Made by a program: the position numbers and the translations under genes. Below are positions 41,305 to 54,039 of a stretch of DNA of 64,000 bases, piece after piece. Origin of the DNA: Microthrixaceae bacterium (GTDB lineage: Bacteria > Actinomycetota > Acidimicrobiia > Acidimicrobiales > Microtrichaceae); contig JAOSKI010000005.1 of assembly GCA_027493675.1 (NCBI GenBank), positions 13,720 through 77,719 on the forward strand, written 5' to 3'. Under the pieces are notes generated by a model. That model had not been told where the DNA came from. It searched no databases and saw nothing but the letters and a program-made list of their open reading frames with translations. Every line of letters begins with the position of its first letter. Within the stretch, counting starts at the first letter, position 1.

Positions 41305-42007
41305 TTGAGCGATCCCGACCTGCCTCCTCCCCCGCCAGGGGTTCCACCCACCCCGGGACCACCCCTGGTGCGCCCTCACCGCCGCCGGCCGGTTCCGGAG
41401 GTTACGGCGGTCCATCGACTCCACCCCCACCCGGCCAACCCCCTCCACCAGGCCAATGGGGACAACCGTGGGACCAACCCCCGCCCAGCCTTATGTCCCA
41501 GGCATTCCACCCGGCGGATCGGCCCGATACGGGCCACCTCCCGCCGATCCGGGCAAGAGGCTCATCGCCCGCATCATCGACTTCGTGATCCTCGTCGTAG
41601 CGGCGGTTGCGGTGTGGGTGGTGTTCGCTCTGATGGCCGTCGCCGATGCCACATCACCCACGTCGGTCGACGAGCTCAACTTCACCACCAACGTCGCGAG
41701 CCTCGTGGTCAACCTCGCGATCTTCATCCTCTACTGGCTGTACGAGTCCCTCATGGCGGCCACCCGGGGTCAGACGATCGGCAAGATGATCATGGGGCTG
41801 CGCATCACCGACAGCACGGGAGAGAAGCTCAGCATGGGTGCAGCCATGAAGCGCAGCCTCGTCTGGCTGGTTCCGCTCGTTCCCTGCTGTGTCGGCACCA
41901 TCGGATTCCTGGTCATCGAGATCTGGGGGATCGTCAACATGTTCAACCGCCCGGACCGGCGCACGCTGATGGACCAGTTCGCGGACTCAACAGTCACATT
42001 CGCCTAG
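41305..42007 (+). CDS. RDD-family membrane protein with Pro-rich N-terminus, frameshifted
   Basis: (L/M)SDPDLPPPPPGVPPTPGPP... runs across three frames in C-rich runs. Then GKRLIARIIDFVILVVAAVAVWVV...ATRGQTIGKMIMGLRI...RTLMDQFADSTV in ORF 41456..42007. The TTG start at 41305 is uncertain. Confidence 0.7.
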
Positions 42008-42076
42008 ACGCTGCCGACAGGGATTCCGGCACGACACAGCCAATCCGCCAAGAAGAATCCACCATTCGGAGGATCC

Positions 42077-42900
42077 ATGAGTGACCCAAACCTGCCACCA
42101 CCACCCGGAGGTGGAACACCTCCACCCCCGGGGCACAACCGCCCAGTGCGCCACCCCGGGTCCTCCCGGCGGCATGCCACCCGCTCCAGGTGGGGGTGGC
42201 GGGGGTTACGCCCCTCCTCCCGCACAACCCTACGGGGGTGGCTACGGAGGCGGCCAGCAACTCGAGGTCGGAGCGGCCATCTCCTATGGCTGGCAGAAGT
42301 TCCAGGAGCACTGGCAACAGTTCGTGCTGCTGATGTTGGGCGTTTTCGTCGCGATCATCGTGGCCTATCTCGTGGCATTCCTCGTGCTGGTTCCCACCTT
42401 GTCGGGCGACAGCTTCATCCTCTCCCTGATCGGCGGCTCCTTGGCCTTCGCGTTGGTGTTCGTGGTGGGACTGGCCGCACAGGCAGGGATCTACCGTGCC
42501 GGGTTGGCGGTGACCCGCGGTGAGGGCACCGACGTTCGCCATGTTCACCGAATCCACCAACATCGGGCCGTTCCTGTTGACGATCCTGTTGGTGGGCATC
42601 GGAACCGGCATCCTCTCGATCTTCTGCTACATCCCCGGAATCATCTTCGCCTTCTTCACCGTGTTCGCTCCGCTTCGGGCGCTCGAACGGGGAGAGGGAG
42701 CCGTCGATGCGATCAAGGGCAGCTTCGATATGGTCATGTCCAACGTCGGACAGGTCCTGCTCGTGGTGCTCGTCAGCTACCTCGTGTACTACGTGGGGGC
42801 GTTGGCGTGTGGCGTCGGCCTTCTCGTGACTGCGCCGATTGCTCTCATCGCCATCTGCTGGTCCTACCGGGTGATCAACGGCGAACCGGTCGCTCCCTGA
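42077..42900 (+). CDS. Pro/Gly-rich N-terminus integral membrane protein, frameshifted
   Basis: ATG at 42077 (MSDPNLPPPPGGGTPPPPG). Then PGPPGGMPPAPGGGGGGYAPPPAQPYGGGYGGGQQLEVGAAISYGWQKFQEHW plus TM helices in ORF 42081..43079. The remaining helices are in ORF 42520..42900 (...APIALIAICWSYRVINGEPVAP*). Confidence 0.65.
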
Positions 42901-42953
42901 TCTGGAGGCATCCCCACGGACGTGTGAGGTATCCCCACGGGACGTCCTGGGTG

Positions 42954-42978
42954 GTGCGTGGCGCTGTGCGCCACGCAC
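42954..42978. terminator. 11-bp perfect hairpin in the convergent intergenic gap
   Basis: gtgcgtggcgc-tgt-gcgccacgcac, between the membrane-protein gene (+) and recO (-). There is no U-tract on the plus strand. Confidence 0.35.
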
Positions 42979-43056
42979 ACCACAAACAGAACGGAACAAC
43001 AGAACGGAACCAGACAGGCGGGACCTTGCACCCCGGTCACCTTGCAGTTGACCGCC

Positions 43057-43775
43057 CTAGCCGTCGTGCAGCACCCTGATGGCACGCAGGCGACGTTCGA
43101 TGTGGCGCTCCAGCAGCGCCGAGGCGAACGCCTCCAGGTCGTGGACCACTGGGCCGTCGGGCAGGTCGAGCACCGCTTTGAGGCCGCCACCCAGCACCGC
43201 GCGGCAAAGCGTGAGCGTCTCATCGGTGACGACCCGGCCCCCACCGCACGAGCGCACCGTAGAGCCCTGTATCCGGTGCCCACATGAGCCTCTCGGGCGA
43301 CTCACCTCAGACGCTGCACGCATCCAGTCCCGGTGCCACGCCTTCGGCCGTGAGCAGCTTGAGGTAGAAACCTGCCACCACCGCAGGTGGGTTGGCGTCC
43401 TCCACCGAGGAGAGCCCTCCCACGAGCATGTCGTGGAGGCGGGCGTTGGGCTCACGCTCCTGGGCCACCTGCTCGACCGCCTCCAGGAGCGCCGCCGCGT
43501 GCCCGAGGCGCGACAGGTCGTTGCGGGTTCGCGGATGCGCCCTCTGAGGTCTCCGCCTGGGACACGCCGTCGAGCTCACCGCTCCCTTCGTACAGTTGCA
43601 CCTGCACCACCGAGCCCGGTTCCATGCGCGACCCGAACCTGCTCCCGGTACGCCGCACGCCCTTGGCCACGGCGCGGACCTTGCCGTGCGCTCGCGCCAT
43701 CAGCACGACGATCCGATCGGCCTCTCCCAGCTTGTAGGTGCGCAGCACCACTGCGGAGTCCCGGTACAGGGCCAC
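43057..43775 (-). CDS. recO: DNA repair protein RecO, frameshifted
   Basis: [53 protein letters not shown] in ORF 43452..43775. The middle is ORF 43307..43579 (...[18 protein letters not shown]). The C-terminus is ORF 43057..43455 (...[17 protein letters not shown]). Confidence 0.85.
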
Positions 43776-43810
43776 CTCAGATCCCCACGGCCATCAGGTA
43801 TCCACGGCCA

Positions 43811-44540
43811 TCAGGTGCCCGGCGCCTCGATGCCACCGAAACGCCGTTCACGCTGCTGGTACTCGGCTATCGCGTCGTAGAGGTGCTCCCGACGGAAGTC
43901 CGGCCACAGCACATCGGTGAACACCAGCTCGGAGTAGGCGAGCTGCCAGAGCAGGTAGTTCGAGATCCTGTACTCACCCGAGGTGCGCACCATCAGCTCG
44001 GGATCCGGCATCGACGGGTCGTAGAGGTGCCGGCGGATCGCCTTCTCGGTCACCTTGCCCGGTCCCACCCCTTCGGCAAGCAACGCGTTGACGGCATCCA
44101 CGAGCTCGGCGCGCCCGCCGTAGTTGAACGCGAGCGACAGAGTCATCTCCCGGTTGTGCCGCGTCATCTCCTCGGTGTCGGTGATGTGACGCAACACGCG
44201 CTTTGGGACGCGCCAGTCCCGACGACCGATGAACTGCACCTTCACACCCGCGGCGTGGAGCTCGTCGCGTCTGGTCAACAGGAGGCGTTCGTTGAACCGC
44301 ATGAGGAACCGCACCTCGTCAACGGGTCGCTTCCAGTTCTCCGTCGAGAAGGCATACACGGTGATCCAGCGGATCCCGGCATCGAGGGCTCCCCATACCG
44401 TGTCGAGAAGCGCTTCCTCGCCTGCCGCATGGCCGTCGGTGCGGGGGAAGGCCGCGTCGCTGGGCCCAACGCCCGTTGCCGTCCATCACCAGCGCCACGT
44501 GAGTGGGTATCCGCTTGGGGTCGAGCCGATCCAGATCCAC
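43811..44540 (-). CDS. uppS: isoprenyl (undecaprenyl/decaprenyl) diphosphate synthase, one frameshift
   Basis: [22 protein letters not shown] in ORF 44319..44540. [15 protein letters not shown]...[13 protein letters not shown]...[24 protein letters not shown]...RRFGG in ORF 43811..44359. Confidence 0.9.
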
Positions 44541-44605
44541 TTCGTGAACCTACCCGAGTTGCGGGTGACCCAAGACGACCCAGGGCCCCCGGACCCGCGC
44601 CGATC

Positions 44606-46857
<2,252 letters not shown>

Positions 46858-46873
<16 letters not shown>

Positions 46874-47487
46874 GGATCGCCACTCGGTGCCACGCCCAGC
46901 GAAGCCATGAGATCGCGCTCACGCCGCCACATGTCACGTCGCTGGTCGGGTGTCGCATGGTCCCAACCACACAGGTGCAGCCCGCCATGAACCACCAACA
47001 GCCGGCACTCGTCCACGACGGTTCCCGCATGAGATGCCGCGTTGCGCATCGCCATCTCGGTGCACAACACCACATCTCCGACGAGGTGAGGTACCACAGC
47101 ACCTCCTTCGGGGTTGTCCGCCTCGGAGCCGACAACAGTGGCGGCACCGACAACACCGACAACACCGGCAGCACCGGCAGCACCGGCAGCACCGGCAGCA
47201 CCGGCAGCAGGGTCAGCATCGGCGTCGTCGACAGGTCCGCCATCGACCGGGAAGCTCAACACGTCCGTGGGTCCGTGCAAACCCATGGCGCTCAGGTTCA
47301 GATCCGACATCTCCTCGATGCTCACGAGATGCAACCCCGCCTCTGCCCCACGCGGCACACCTTCGGCCGCCAGCACTGCGGCGAGCAGCTCACCCAGCGA
47401 CTCCGGATCAGGACCCTCGATGGCCGCGCGGTCGTCCACGAGCACGCTGGGAACGTCCGGTTGTGGACCGTGGACCGGTTCGTTCAC
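46858..47487 (-). CDS. ybeY: rRNA maturation endoribonuclease YbeY with an internal Ala/Gly/Val repeat insertion
   Basis: ...GPTDVLSFPVDG...HLVGDVVLC...LLVVHGGLHLCGWDH (HxxxHxxGxxH zinc motif). Intact 209-aa frame. The insert is AAGAAGAAGAAGAAGVVGVVG. Confidence 0.88.
47145..47207. repeat. 7 x 9-bp in-frame tandem repeat inside ybeY
   Basis: caccgacaa x2 then caccggcag x5 on the plus strand, encoding (VVG)2(AAG)5 on the coding strand. Confidence 0.9.
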
Positions 47488-48503
47488 CGACGGGCCTCGG
47501 GTGCACCCTCCGGGAGCTCGGCTCTCGCATACGCGTCGACGATGTCCTGCACGATGCGATGACGCACCACGTCGCGTGCGCTCAGGTGCACGAACCCCAC
47601 GCCATCGATGCCGGCCAGCACCGCCTCCAGGCGGTCCAGTCCGGACCTTCCGCCCGGAACGTCGACCTGTGTGGTGTCACCGGTGACCACCGCCTTGGAT
47701 CCGAAGCCGATGCGTGTCAGGAACATCTTCATCTGCTCGGGCGTGGTGTTCTGGGCCTCGTCGAGGATGATGAAGCTCGAGTTCAACGTGCGGCCGCGCA
47801 TGAACGCCAGTGGGGCAACCTCCACCGAGCCGCGGTCGAGGTGGCGCTGGGCGCCTTCAGGGCCCACCATGTCGTGGAGCGCGTCGTACAGCGGTCGGAG
47901 GTAGGGATCCACCTTGGCCATCAGGTCACCGGGAAGGTAGCCGAGGCGTTCCCCCGCCTCCACCGCCGGTCGTGTCAGAACGATGCGCTCCACGTCCTTG
48001 GCCTGAAGGGCCTGCACCGCCATCGCCACCGCAAGCCACGACTTGCCGGTGCCGGCAGGCCCGATGCCGAAGGTGACCGTGTGGTTCGCGATGGCGTCGA
48101 TGTAGCGCTTCTGGCCTGCGGTCTTGGCACGCACCCGGGACCCTCGGGAGGTCCGCATCACCTCGGTGGTGAGCACCTCGGAGGGGCGTTCGTCGGAGCG
48201 GACCATGTCGATGGTCCGCTCTAGGACCGGCGCGCTGAGCCCGTAGCCGGACTCCAGCAGGCTGACCAGCTCTGCGAACAGCCGTGCCACGGTCGTGGCC
48301 TCCGCGCCCAGGAGCGCCACCTCCGTACCGCGCACAGTGATGTCGGTGGCAGGGAAGGCCTCTTCGATGACCTTCAGGTGCTCGTCGGCCGTGCCCAACA
48401 GATCCGTCATCAGGTGGTTGCCCGGAACCTGTACACGGGCTGCGAGGTCAGTCATCTCGCCGCGCATTCTACCCGTCCCGCTGCCTCTGGGCGCTGCGGG
48501 CAC
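47484..48503 (-). CDS. phoH: PhoH-like ATPase
   Basis: Intact ORF: ...[12 protein letters not shown]...[19 protein letters not shown]...[19 protein letters not shown]...[19 protein letters not shown]...[10 protein letters not shown]. The start is probably 48455-48467 (MTDLAARV / MRGEM). Confidence 0.9.
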   Translation of the reverse strand: MPAAPRGSGTGRMRGEMTDLAARVQVPGNHLMTDLLGTADEHLKVIEEAFPATDITVRGTEVALLGAEATTVARLFAELVSLLESGYGLSAPVLERTIDMVRSDERPSEVLTTEVMRTSRGSRVRAKTAGQKRYIDAIANHTVTFGIGPAGTGKSWLAVAMAVQALQAKDVERIVLTRPAVEAGERLGYLPGDLMAKVDPYLRPLYDALHDMVGPEGAQRHLDRGSVEVAPLAFMRGRTLNSSFIILDEAQNTTPEQMKMFLTRIGFGSKAVVTGDTTQVDVPGGRSGLDRLEAVLAGIDGVGFVHLSARDVVRHRIVQDIVDAYARAELPEGAPEARR

Positions 48504-48550
48504 AACCCGGAGCGTGTCACGACAGGCACAGGCGCTCGCGCCGTTGGCGG

Positions 48551-48850
48551 TCAGTCCCCGCCGATGGTCTCGCTGGGTGACTGCTCAGTCGTGTCGCGTA
48601 GATCGTGTGCGGGCTGCGGCGTCGTCAGGTCGAGCGTGCCAGGTGCGATCCGGCATCGTTCGATGAAGTCGTCGACCTCGTGCTCCTTCAGGCGGATCAC
48701 CCGCCCGAAGCGGTACGCGGGCACCTGACCTTCGTCGATGAACCGGTAGAGCGTGCGGGGAGTCACCCCCAGACGCTCGGCCGCCTTCGCAGTGTTGAGC
48801 CATGTGACCTCGGTGGAACTCACGATGGTGACACTAGCGAACCCCACCAC
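48551..48850 (-). CDS. excisionase-family (MerR-like) helix-turn-helix DNA-binding protein
   Basis: WLNTAKAAERLGVTPRTLYRFIDEGQVPAYRFGRVIRLKEHEVDDFIE. It is divergent from the Tad locus. The start may be the GTG near 48823. Confidence 0.75.
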   Translation of the reverse strand: MVGFASVTIVSSTEVTWLNTAKAAERLGVTPRTLYRFIDEGQVPAYRFGRVIRLKEHEVDDFIERCRIAPGTLDLTTPQPAHDLRDTTEQSPSETIGGD

Positions 48851-48936
48851 CTACTACAGGGATGCTCATGGCTCGCGGGTGTCACGGCCACCCGGCGGCC
48901 CATCTCCTCGATGACTTCGGTGGAACCACCTGTCAC

Positions 48937-48965
48937 TTGACACTGTTTCATGTATCGGGCATTGT
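48937..48965 (+). promoter_or_regulatory. candidate promoter for the Tad locus (TTGACA-17 nt-CATTGT)
   Basis: TTGACA at 48937-48942 and CATTGT at 48960-48965, in the AT-richer divergent gap about 30 nt upstream of the CpaB-like GTG. Confidence 0.25.
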
Positions 48966-48993
48966 TCGCGCCGGGTATAGGGAAAGGGAGACG

Positions 48994-49656
48994 GTGCCTG
49001 GGGATCCGTCCGCTCATGGGCCTGGTTCATCCGGTGGAGCACGCTTCGTACGTTGGCGTGCGATCGTGGGGGCGGCGCTCGTGACGGCGTCGGCCTTCGG
49101 GGTCGTCTTCGCCCACAGGGCTGCACAGAGTCCTCCCGAGACACGTTTCCTGGTGCTCACCTCACCCGTGGAGGCCGGAGAGGCACTGGAGGCCCACCAC
49201 CTGGGATCGGTCGCCATCGACCTCCCCGAGGCCGTCGACGCGGTGAGCACCGACCGGAGTCAAGCCGTGCTGGGACGGGTCGCCTCGCACTCCCTGCAAC
49301 CTTCGGAGTTGCTGTCGGAATCGGCGCTGCTGGACGACGGCAGGTTCACCGTTGCCGGCGAGACCGAGATCGCGATCAGCGTGGACCCGGCCCGCACCCC
49401 CGTTGGGCAGTTCGCGACCGGGGACCGGGTGACGGTGCTGTCCACCTCCGAGGCAGGCACGACCGAGCTCGCGGCCGGTGCGCGGGTGACCCGCATCGAC
49501 GGCGACGAGGAGGACGCCAGCATCGGAGCTTCCGCGCAACTGCGCATAGGCCTGGCGCTAGCGGACATCGACGAGGCGAGAGCCGTAGTGGATGCGGCGG
49601 TCAGCGAGGAGCTCACCATCGTGTTGAGCGGCCCGGGAACAGACGAGGCACCGTGA
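48994..49656 (+). CDS. cpaB: SAF-domain / CpaB(RcpC)-like Flp pilus assembly protein
   Basis: GTG at 48994 after AAGGGAG. TM helix RAIVGAALVTASAFGVVFA, then ...LVLTSPVEAGEAL...GRVASHSLQPSELLSESAL...TGDRVTVL. Confidence 0.7.
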   Translation: MPGDPSAHGPGSSGGARFVRWRAIVGAALVTASAFGVVFAHRAAQSPPETRFLVLTSPVEAGEALEAHHLGSVAIDLPEAVDAVSTDRSQAVLGRVASHSLQPSELLSESALLDDGRFTVAGETEIAISVDPARTPVGQFATGDRVTVLSTSEAGTTELAAGARVTRIDGDEEDASIGASAQLRIGLALADIDEARAVVDAAVSEELTIVLSGPGTDEAP

Positions 49657-50895
49657 GCGGCCGCCACGCGATCGCAGCGCTGGCCCATCCCCGTGCCCAG
49701 TGGCCGACATCGGTGGCCCGGTGGGCGACGAGCGGCGCAGTACCGGTGGAGCTCCTGACGTGCCTGTCCCCCGACGAGCTGACCGCCCTGTTCGCGTCCG
49801 GTCGCCGGCTGTCCGCGGTCCTCCTGGACGGGGCGAGCAGCCGGGTCGACCAGCAGCTCGTCGCGGAGATCCGACGAAGTGGCGCCGAGCCCGTCGGAGT
49901 TCAGGCCGTGGAGCGATCCACCGACTGGGATCACCTGGGGATCTCATCGGTGCTGCATGCCGACTTCGGCCGGGACGATCTCGTGGACCTGCTCGACACG
50001 ACATGTCGCGGAGACCGGCCCGAGGACCGCTCCGCCCGCGGGGTCCTGCTCTCCGGCGCCGACAGGCGCGCCACGGTGATGGCGGTGTGTGGTTCGGGCG
50101 GGTGCGGAACCTCCGTCGTGGCCATGGCGCTTGCCCAGGCGCTCGCCGGCGGAACCCGCGAGTCAGCCGGGGTTGCGCATGAGGACCCCGCCCCACGGGT
50201 CCTGTTGATCGACGGCGCACGCCGTGCACACCACGCCGTGTACCACCACACCGGCGACGTGATCCCAGGGTTTGCGGACCTGATCGGCAGGGTCCGCCGG
50301 GGGACGACCGACGCCTCCGAACTGCGCGAGATGACCTTCGGGACCAACCGTGGGTACCGACTCCTGCTGGGTGCCACCACGTTGCGCGACAGCGCCTCGT
50401 TCGACATGGGCGTGGTGGCGGAGGCCATCGCCACCGCGGCACGCCACAACGACGTCGTGGTGCTGGACCACGACGGCGACCTGCCCGAAGGGCACATCAG
50501 CGGGGCCCTCAGCGCCGTCGCGGCCCTGTGGGTGATCGTCACCACCCCCTGGGATCAAGGGCCTCCACGACGCAGTGCGCCTGACCGCCGAAGCCTGTGG
50601 TTCCGGGGTCCCTGCAAAGCAGGTGCTGGTCGTGTGCAACCGGGTCCGACGGCGCGACCCGGCGCGCGTCACCTTCCCGGTGGAGTTCTCCCGGGTCGTC
50701 TCCGGGATGGGGCTGGACGCCGCCCCGGTCCTGGTCCTCCCCGAGGTCCGCATCGAAGCGATCCACCGCGACGTCGAACTGCTGCCACGCAGCATCACCC
50801 GACCCCTGGCGAGCCGCGCTCGACGCATGATCGGCATCGCCGGTGCCGACCCGCGGCCACACGACGAGCACCTCCTCGTGGGAGGCACGACATGA
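49653..50895 (+). CDS. Ssd/TadZ(CpaE)-like ParA/MinD-fold protein with degenerate Walker A, one frameshift
   Basis: The GTG overlaps the cpaB stop (GTGA). ATVMAVCGSGGCGTSVVAMALAQALAG (no Walker Lys)...VVVLDHDGD in ORF 49053..52229. The C-terminus IKGLHDAVRLTAEAC...VLVVCNRVRRRD... is in ORF 50575..50895. The join is near 50550. Confidence 0.75.
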
Positions 50896-52229
50896 CCTCC
50901 GCGACCCGCGCTCGTGACGAGGCCGGTCCACTCGGGGAGATCGAGCGCCGGGTGAGAGTGCGGGCGAACGCGCTCGCCCTCGACACCACCACTCCCGAAG
51001 GCGACGAAGCCCTCTTCGGGCTCATCGGCGACGAGATCGAGCGGTGGCAGGAGGAGCACCGCAGGGGAACCCAGGCCCATCCGATCGCAGATCCGGAGCG
51101 GATCGCGACACGTGCGCTGCACAACCTCGCCCGCTACGGCCCCCTCACCGAGCTCCTCGACGACCCCGACGTCTGGGAGATCATGATCAACTCGCCGACG
51201 GCGGTGTTCGCGAAGCGCCACCGGGGCCACAGCGGCCTGCACCCCGAGGTGTTCCACGACGACGACCACGTGGCGCGGACGATCACGAAGCTGCTGGACG
51301 ACTCCAGCACGTCACACCGCAAGTTGGATCCGAGCGAGGGGTTGCAGGACGCGCAACTCGACAACGGATCCCGGGTGCACATCGTGCACGGCGACCTGAC
51401 ACGCGGTGGACACCTCATGGTCAACATCCGCAAGTTCACGGGTGTGGCCATCTCGAACCTCTCCGAACTGGTCGTCCGAGGGTCTCTGACAGAGGAGGCG
51501 GCGAGGTTCCTGGCGGCCGCGGTGCGTGCACGGATCTCCGTCGTGTTCGCCGGCGCTCCGGGCTCGGGCAAGACGACCCTGCTGTCGTGTTGCGCTGCCG
51601 AGCTCGACCCGTCGCTGCGCGTGGTCATCGCGGAGGAGGTCTTCGAGGCCGACATCCCCATCGCGAACCTCGCGGGGCTGCAGACCCGCCCGGCACGCAA
51701 CGACCGGGCGGAGATCGACCTACGGCGACTGGTGGCCGGTTTCCTGCGAATGGCGCCCGATGTGGCCATCGTGGGAGAGGTCCGCGACCGCGAGGCGCTT
51801 CCGCTGCTGCTCACCCTCTCCAGCGGTGTGACCGGCTACACGACCATCCATGCCGGCTCGGCACGTCAGGGACTGACAAGGCTCCGCTTCATCGCACAAC
51901 TCGCAGAGGCGGCCAGGGACCTCCCCATCAGCGCGCTGAACGCCCTGGTCAGCGATTCGGTGGACCTGGTGGTGCACACCGAACGCGGGGCCTCGGGACC
52001 CGCGGTCACATCGATCCTCGCATTGGAGGATCAGGCGGGCGGTGCAGAGGCGGTCAACCTCACCACCACCGAGGTCTTCAGCAGGGATACCCACGGGTCC
52101 CTCAAATGGTCCGGTCTCGTTCCAGCCCGGTTGCGTGAGCGCATGGCGACCCGCGGCGAGGACCTGATGGCCATGCTGGATGGCGACTCCGCGGAGCGAC
52201 GCAGCGACTCACGGGGCGACGAGCCATGA
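50892..52229 (+). CDS. tadA: CpaF/TadA-family secretion ATPase
   Basis: ATG at 50892 after GGAGG. ...PDVWEIMINSP...VVFAGAPGSGKTTLLSCC...VVIAEEVFE...RMAPDVAIVGEVRDREALPLL...GYTTIHAGSARQGLTRL. The frame is intact. Confidence 0.9.
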   Translation: MTSATRARDEAGPLGEIERRVRVRANALALDTTTPEGDEALFGLIGDEIERWQEEHRRGTQAHPIADPERIATRALHNLARYGPLTELLDDPDVWEIMINSPTAVFAKRHRGHSGLHPEVFHDDDHVARTITKLLDDSSTSHRKLDPSEGLQDAQLDNGSRVHIVHGDLTRGGHLMVNIRKFTGVAISNLSELVVRGSLTEEAARFLAAAVRARISVVFAGAPGSGKTTLLSCCAAELDPSLRVVIAEEVFEADIPIANLAGLQTRPARNDRAEIDLRRLVAGFLRMAPDVAIVGEVRDREALPLLLTLSSGVTGYTTIHAGSARQGLTRLRFIAQLAEAARDLPISALNALVSDSVDLVVHTERGASGPAVTSILALEDQAGGAEAVNLTTTEVFSRDTHGSLKWSGLVPARLRERMATRGEDLMAMLDGDSAERRSDSRGDEP

Positions 52230-53104
52230 CCACGATCGTCCTCGCCCTCGCCGCGGCGCTCGGCGTGCACCTGCTCTTCGGATCAGTCCGTCCGGACGGA
52301 GCACCCCAGGGGGTGTTGCGTCGCGTCTCGCCATCGGCGTTGGCCGCAGGCCTACGTCGATGGTTGACCCGCATTGGCCTCGAGTCGGTCACGCCACGCC
52401 AGTTCGCTGCGGTGTCCGCAGGCGTCGCCCTGGCCGCCGCAGCCACCTGGTGGATGCTCATCGGTGCCGGAATCCCAATGCTCGTGGTTGCAGGGGTGGC
52501 CGGAGCCGTGCCTACCACCGTGTGGCGTCGGCGTGACGCGGCTGCTCGCACGGCCACGCTCGAAGCCTGGCCACGCATGATCGAGGAGATCCGCGTCCGC
52601 GTCGGCTCGGTGGGCCAGTCGGTGCCCCAGGCGCTGCTCGAGACGGGTCTTGGTGCACCCGAACCGATACGAGCTGCGTTCGTTGCAGCACACAGGCAGT
52701 GGGCACTCACCACGGACTTCGAATCCACCGTCGGGACGTTGAAGGACTCACTTGCGGATCCGACCGCGGACGCGGTGTGTGAGACCCTGCTCGTGATCCA
52801 ACAGGTCGGCGGCGACCCTGATGCCCGCTTGGAGGCGCTGGCGGCCGACCGTCGAGCAGATCTGCGTGAGCGCCGGGAGGCCGACGCACGCTCTGCAGGA
52901 GCCCGGCTGGCACGTTGGTTCGTCGTGATCGTGCCGGCAGGTATGGCCTTCGCAGGAATGAACCTCGGCGACGGCCGGGTCGCGTACAGCAGCACGGGAG
53001 GACAGGTCGCCACCGTCGTCGCGATCGCAATGGTCACCGGATGCTGGTGGTGGGCGGGCCGCATCATGGTCACTCCGCAGCCGCGCAGGGTGTTCGACAG
53101 ATGA
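52226..53104 (+). CDS. tadB: TadB-like type II secretion system F-family membrane protein
   Basis: Intact 292-aa ORF. The start overlaps the tadA stop. N- and C-terminal TM segments flank a cytoplasmic helical domain (EAWPRMIEEIRVRVGSVGQSVPQALL). Confidence 0.75.
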   Translation: MTTIVLALAAALGVHLLFGSVRPDGAPQGVLRRVSPSALAAGLRRWLTRIGLESVTPRQFAAVSAGVALAAAATWWMLIGAGIPMLVVAGVAGAVPTTVWRRRDAAARTATLEAWPRMIEEIRVRVGSVGQSVPQALLETGLGAPEPIRAAFVAAHRQWALTTDFESTVGTLKDSLADPTADAVCETLLVIQQVGGDPDARLEALAADRRADLRERREADARSAGARLARWFVVIVPAGMAFAGMNLGDGRVAYSSTGGQVATVVAIAMVTGCWWWAGRIMVTPQPRRVFDR

Positions 53105-54000
53105 GCCGCACCGATGCGCTCCTCGGGTTGTTGTGCTTCGCAGGCACGACCTTGGCGCTCAGCGGCCTCCGGGCGTTCAACCGGGAGCCGCTGCCTGCTC
53201 GCATAGGCCCCTACCTCCCCGACGGGCGGTGGCATGCCGACACCGCCGACGCGGCAACCGCACTCACCGCAGTGCTCTCACCGCTCGCCGAGGCCTTCGG
53301 AAGCCGGCTTTCGCACCTGACCGGGATCCGCAGCGACCTCCGGGGGCGACTCGCGGCCGCTGGTCGCGCCCAAAGCCCCTCGGAGTTCAGGCTGGCCCAG
53401 TTCACCCACGCCCTGATCGCCTTCGGTGCAGCCGCCATGGGGATGCTCGCGCTCCGACCCGCCCCGATGCTCGCACTCGTGGTGCTGGTGGGAACCCCGA
53501 TCCTCGTGGCGCTCGCCGAGGAGCAACGCCTCGAATCCGCGGTCGAGCAACGACGCGAGCGGGCCGAGGCCGAGCTTCCCGTCGTTGCCGAGCAGATTGC
53601 GGTCCTGCTGGCGGCAGGCATGTCCCTTGGTGCCACGTTGGACCGGATCGCGACGAGGGGCGACGGAGTGGTGGCAAGTGAGCTGGGGGTCGTGATGCGC
53701 CAGGTCAGGCAGGGCAGTTCGGAGACCGAGGCGTTGCGGGCATGGGCGCAGCGATCGCGCAGCGAGGGAGTCGACCGCCTCGTTGCGGTACTTGCGATGC
53801 ACCGTGACGCGGCCGACCTCGGTGGCCTTCTGGCCACCGAGGCACGTTCGATTCGCTCGGCGGCCCACCGCCGGCTCGTCGAGTCGATCGAACGCAGGGC
53901 GCAACTGGTCTGGGTGCCGGTGACGGTTGCCACCTTGGTTCCAGGCCTCATCCTGATCGGTGTGCCGTTCGTCAGCGCCATGACACGCATCACGGGATGA
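53101..54000 (+). CDS. tadC: TadC-like type II secretion system F-family membrane protein
   Basis: ATGA overlap with tadB. ...ELPVVAEQIAVLLAAGMSLGATLDRIA...MRQVRQGSSETEALRAW...VWVPVTVATLVPGLILIGV. The frame is intact. Confidence 0.75.
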   Translation: MSRTDALLGLLCFAGTTLALSGLRAFNREPLPARIGPYLPDGRWHADTADAATALTAVLSPLAEAFGSRLSHLTGIRSDLRGRLAAAGRAQSPSEFRLAQFTHALIAFGAAAMGMLALRPAPMLALVVLVGTPILVALAEEQRLESAVEQRRERAEAELPVVAEQIAVLLAAGMSLGATLDRIATRGDGVVASELGVVMRQVRQGSSETEALRAWAQRSRSEGVDRLVAVLAMHRDAADLGGLLATEARSIRSAAHRRLVESIERRAQLVWVPVTVATLVPGLILIGVPFVSAMTRITG

Positions 54001-54039
54001 GGACCGTCGATTCGATGATCACAACCGGAGAGGTAGGAC

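Noticed and set aside
49053-52229. Single 1058-aa ORF suggesting one giant protein
   Set aside because: It is a composite. The first ~200 codons are out of frame over cpaB. The middle is the Ssd/TadZ-like gene (which itself leaves this frame near 50550). Only from the ATG at 50892 is it the genuine TadA ATPase.
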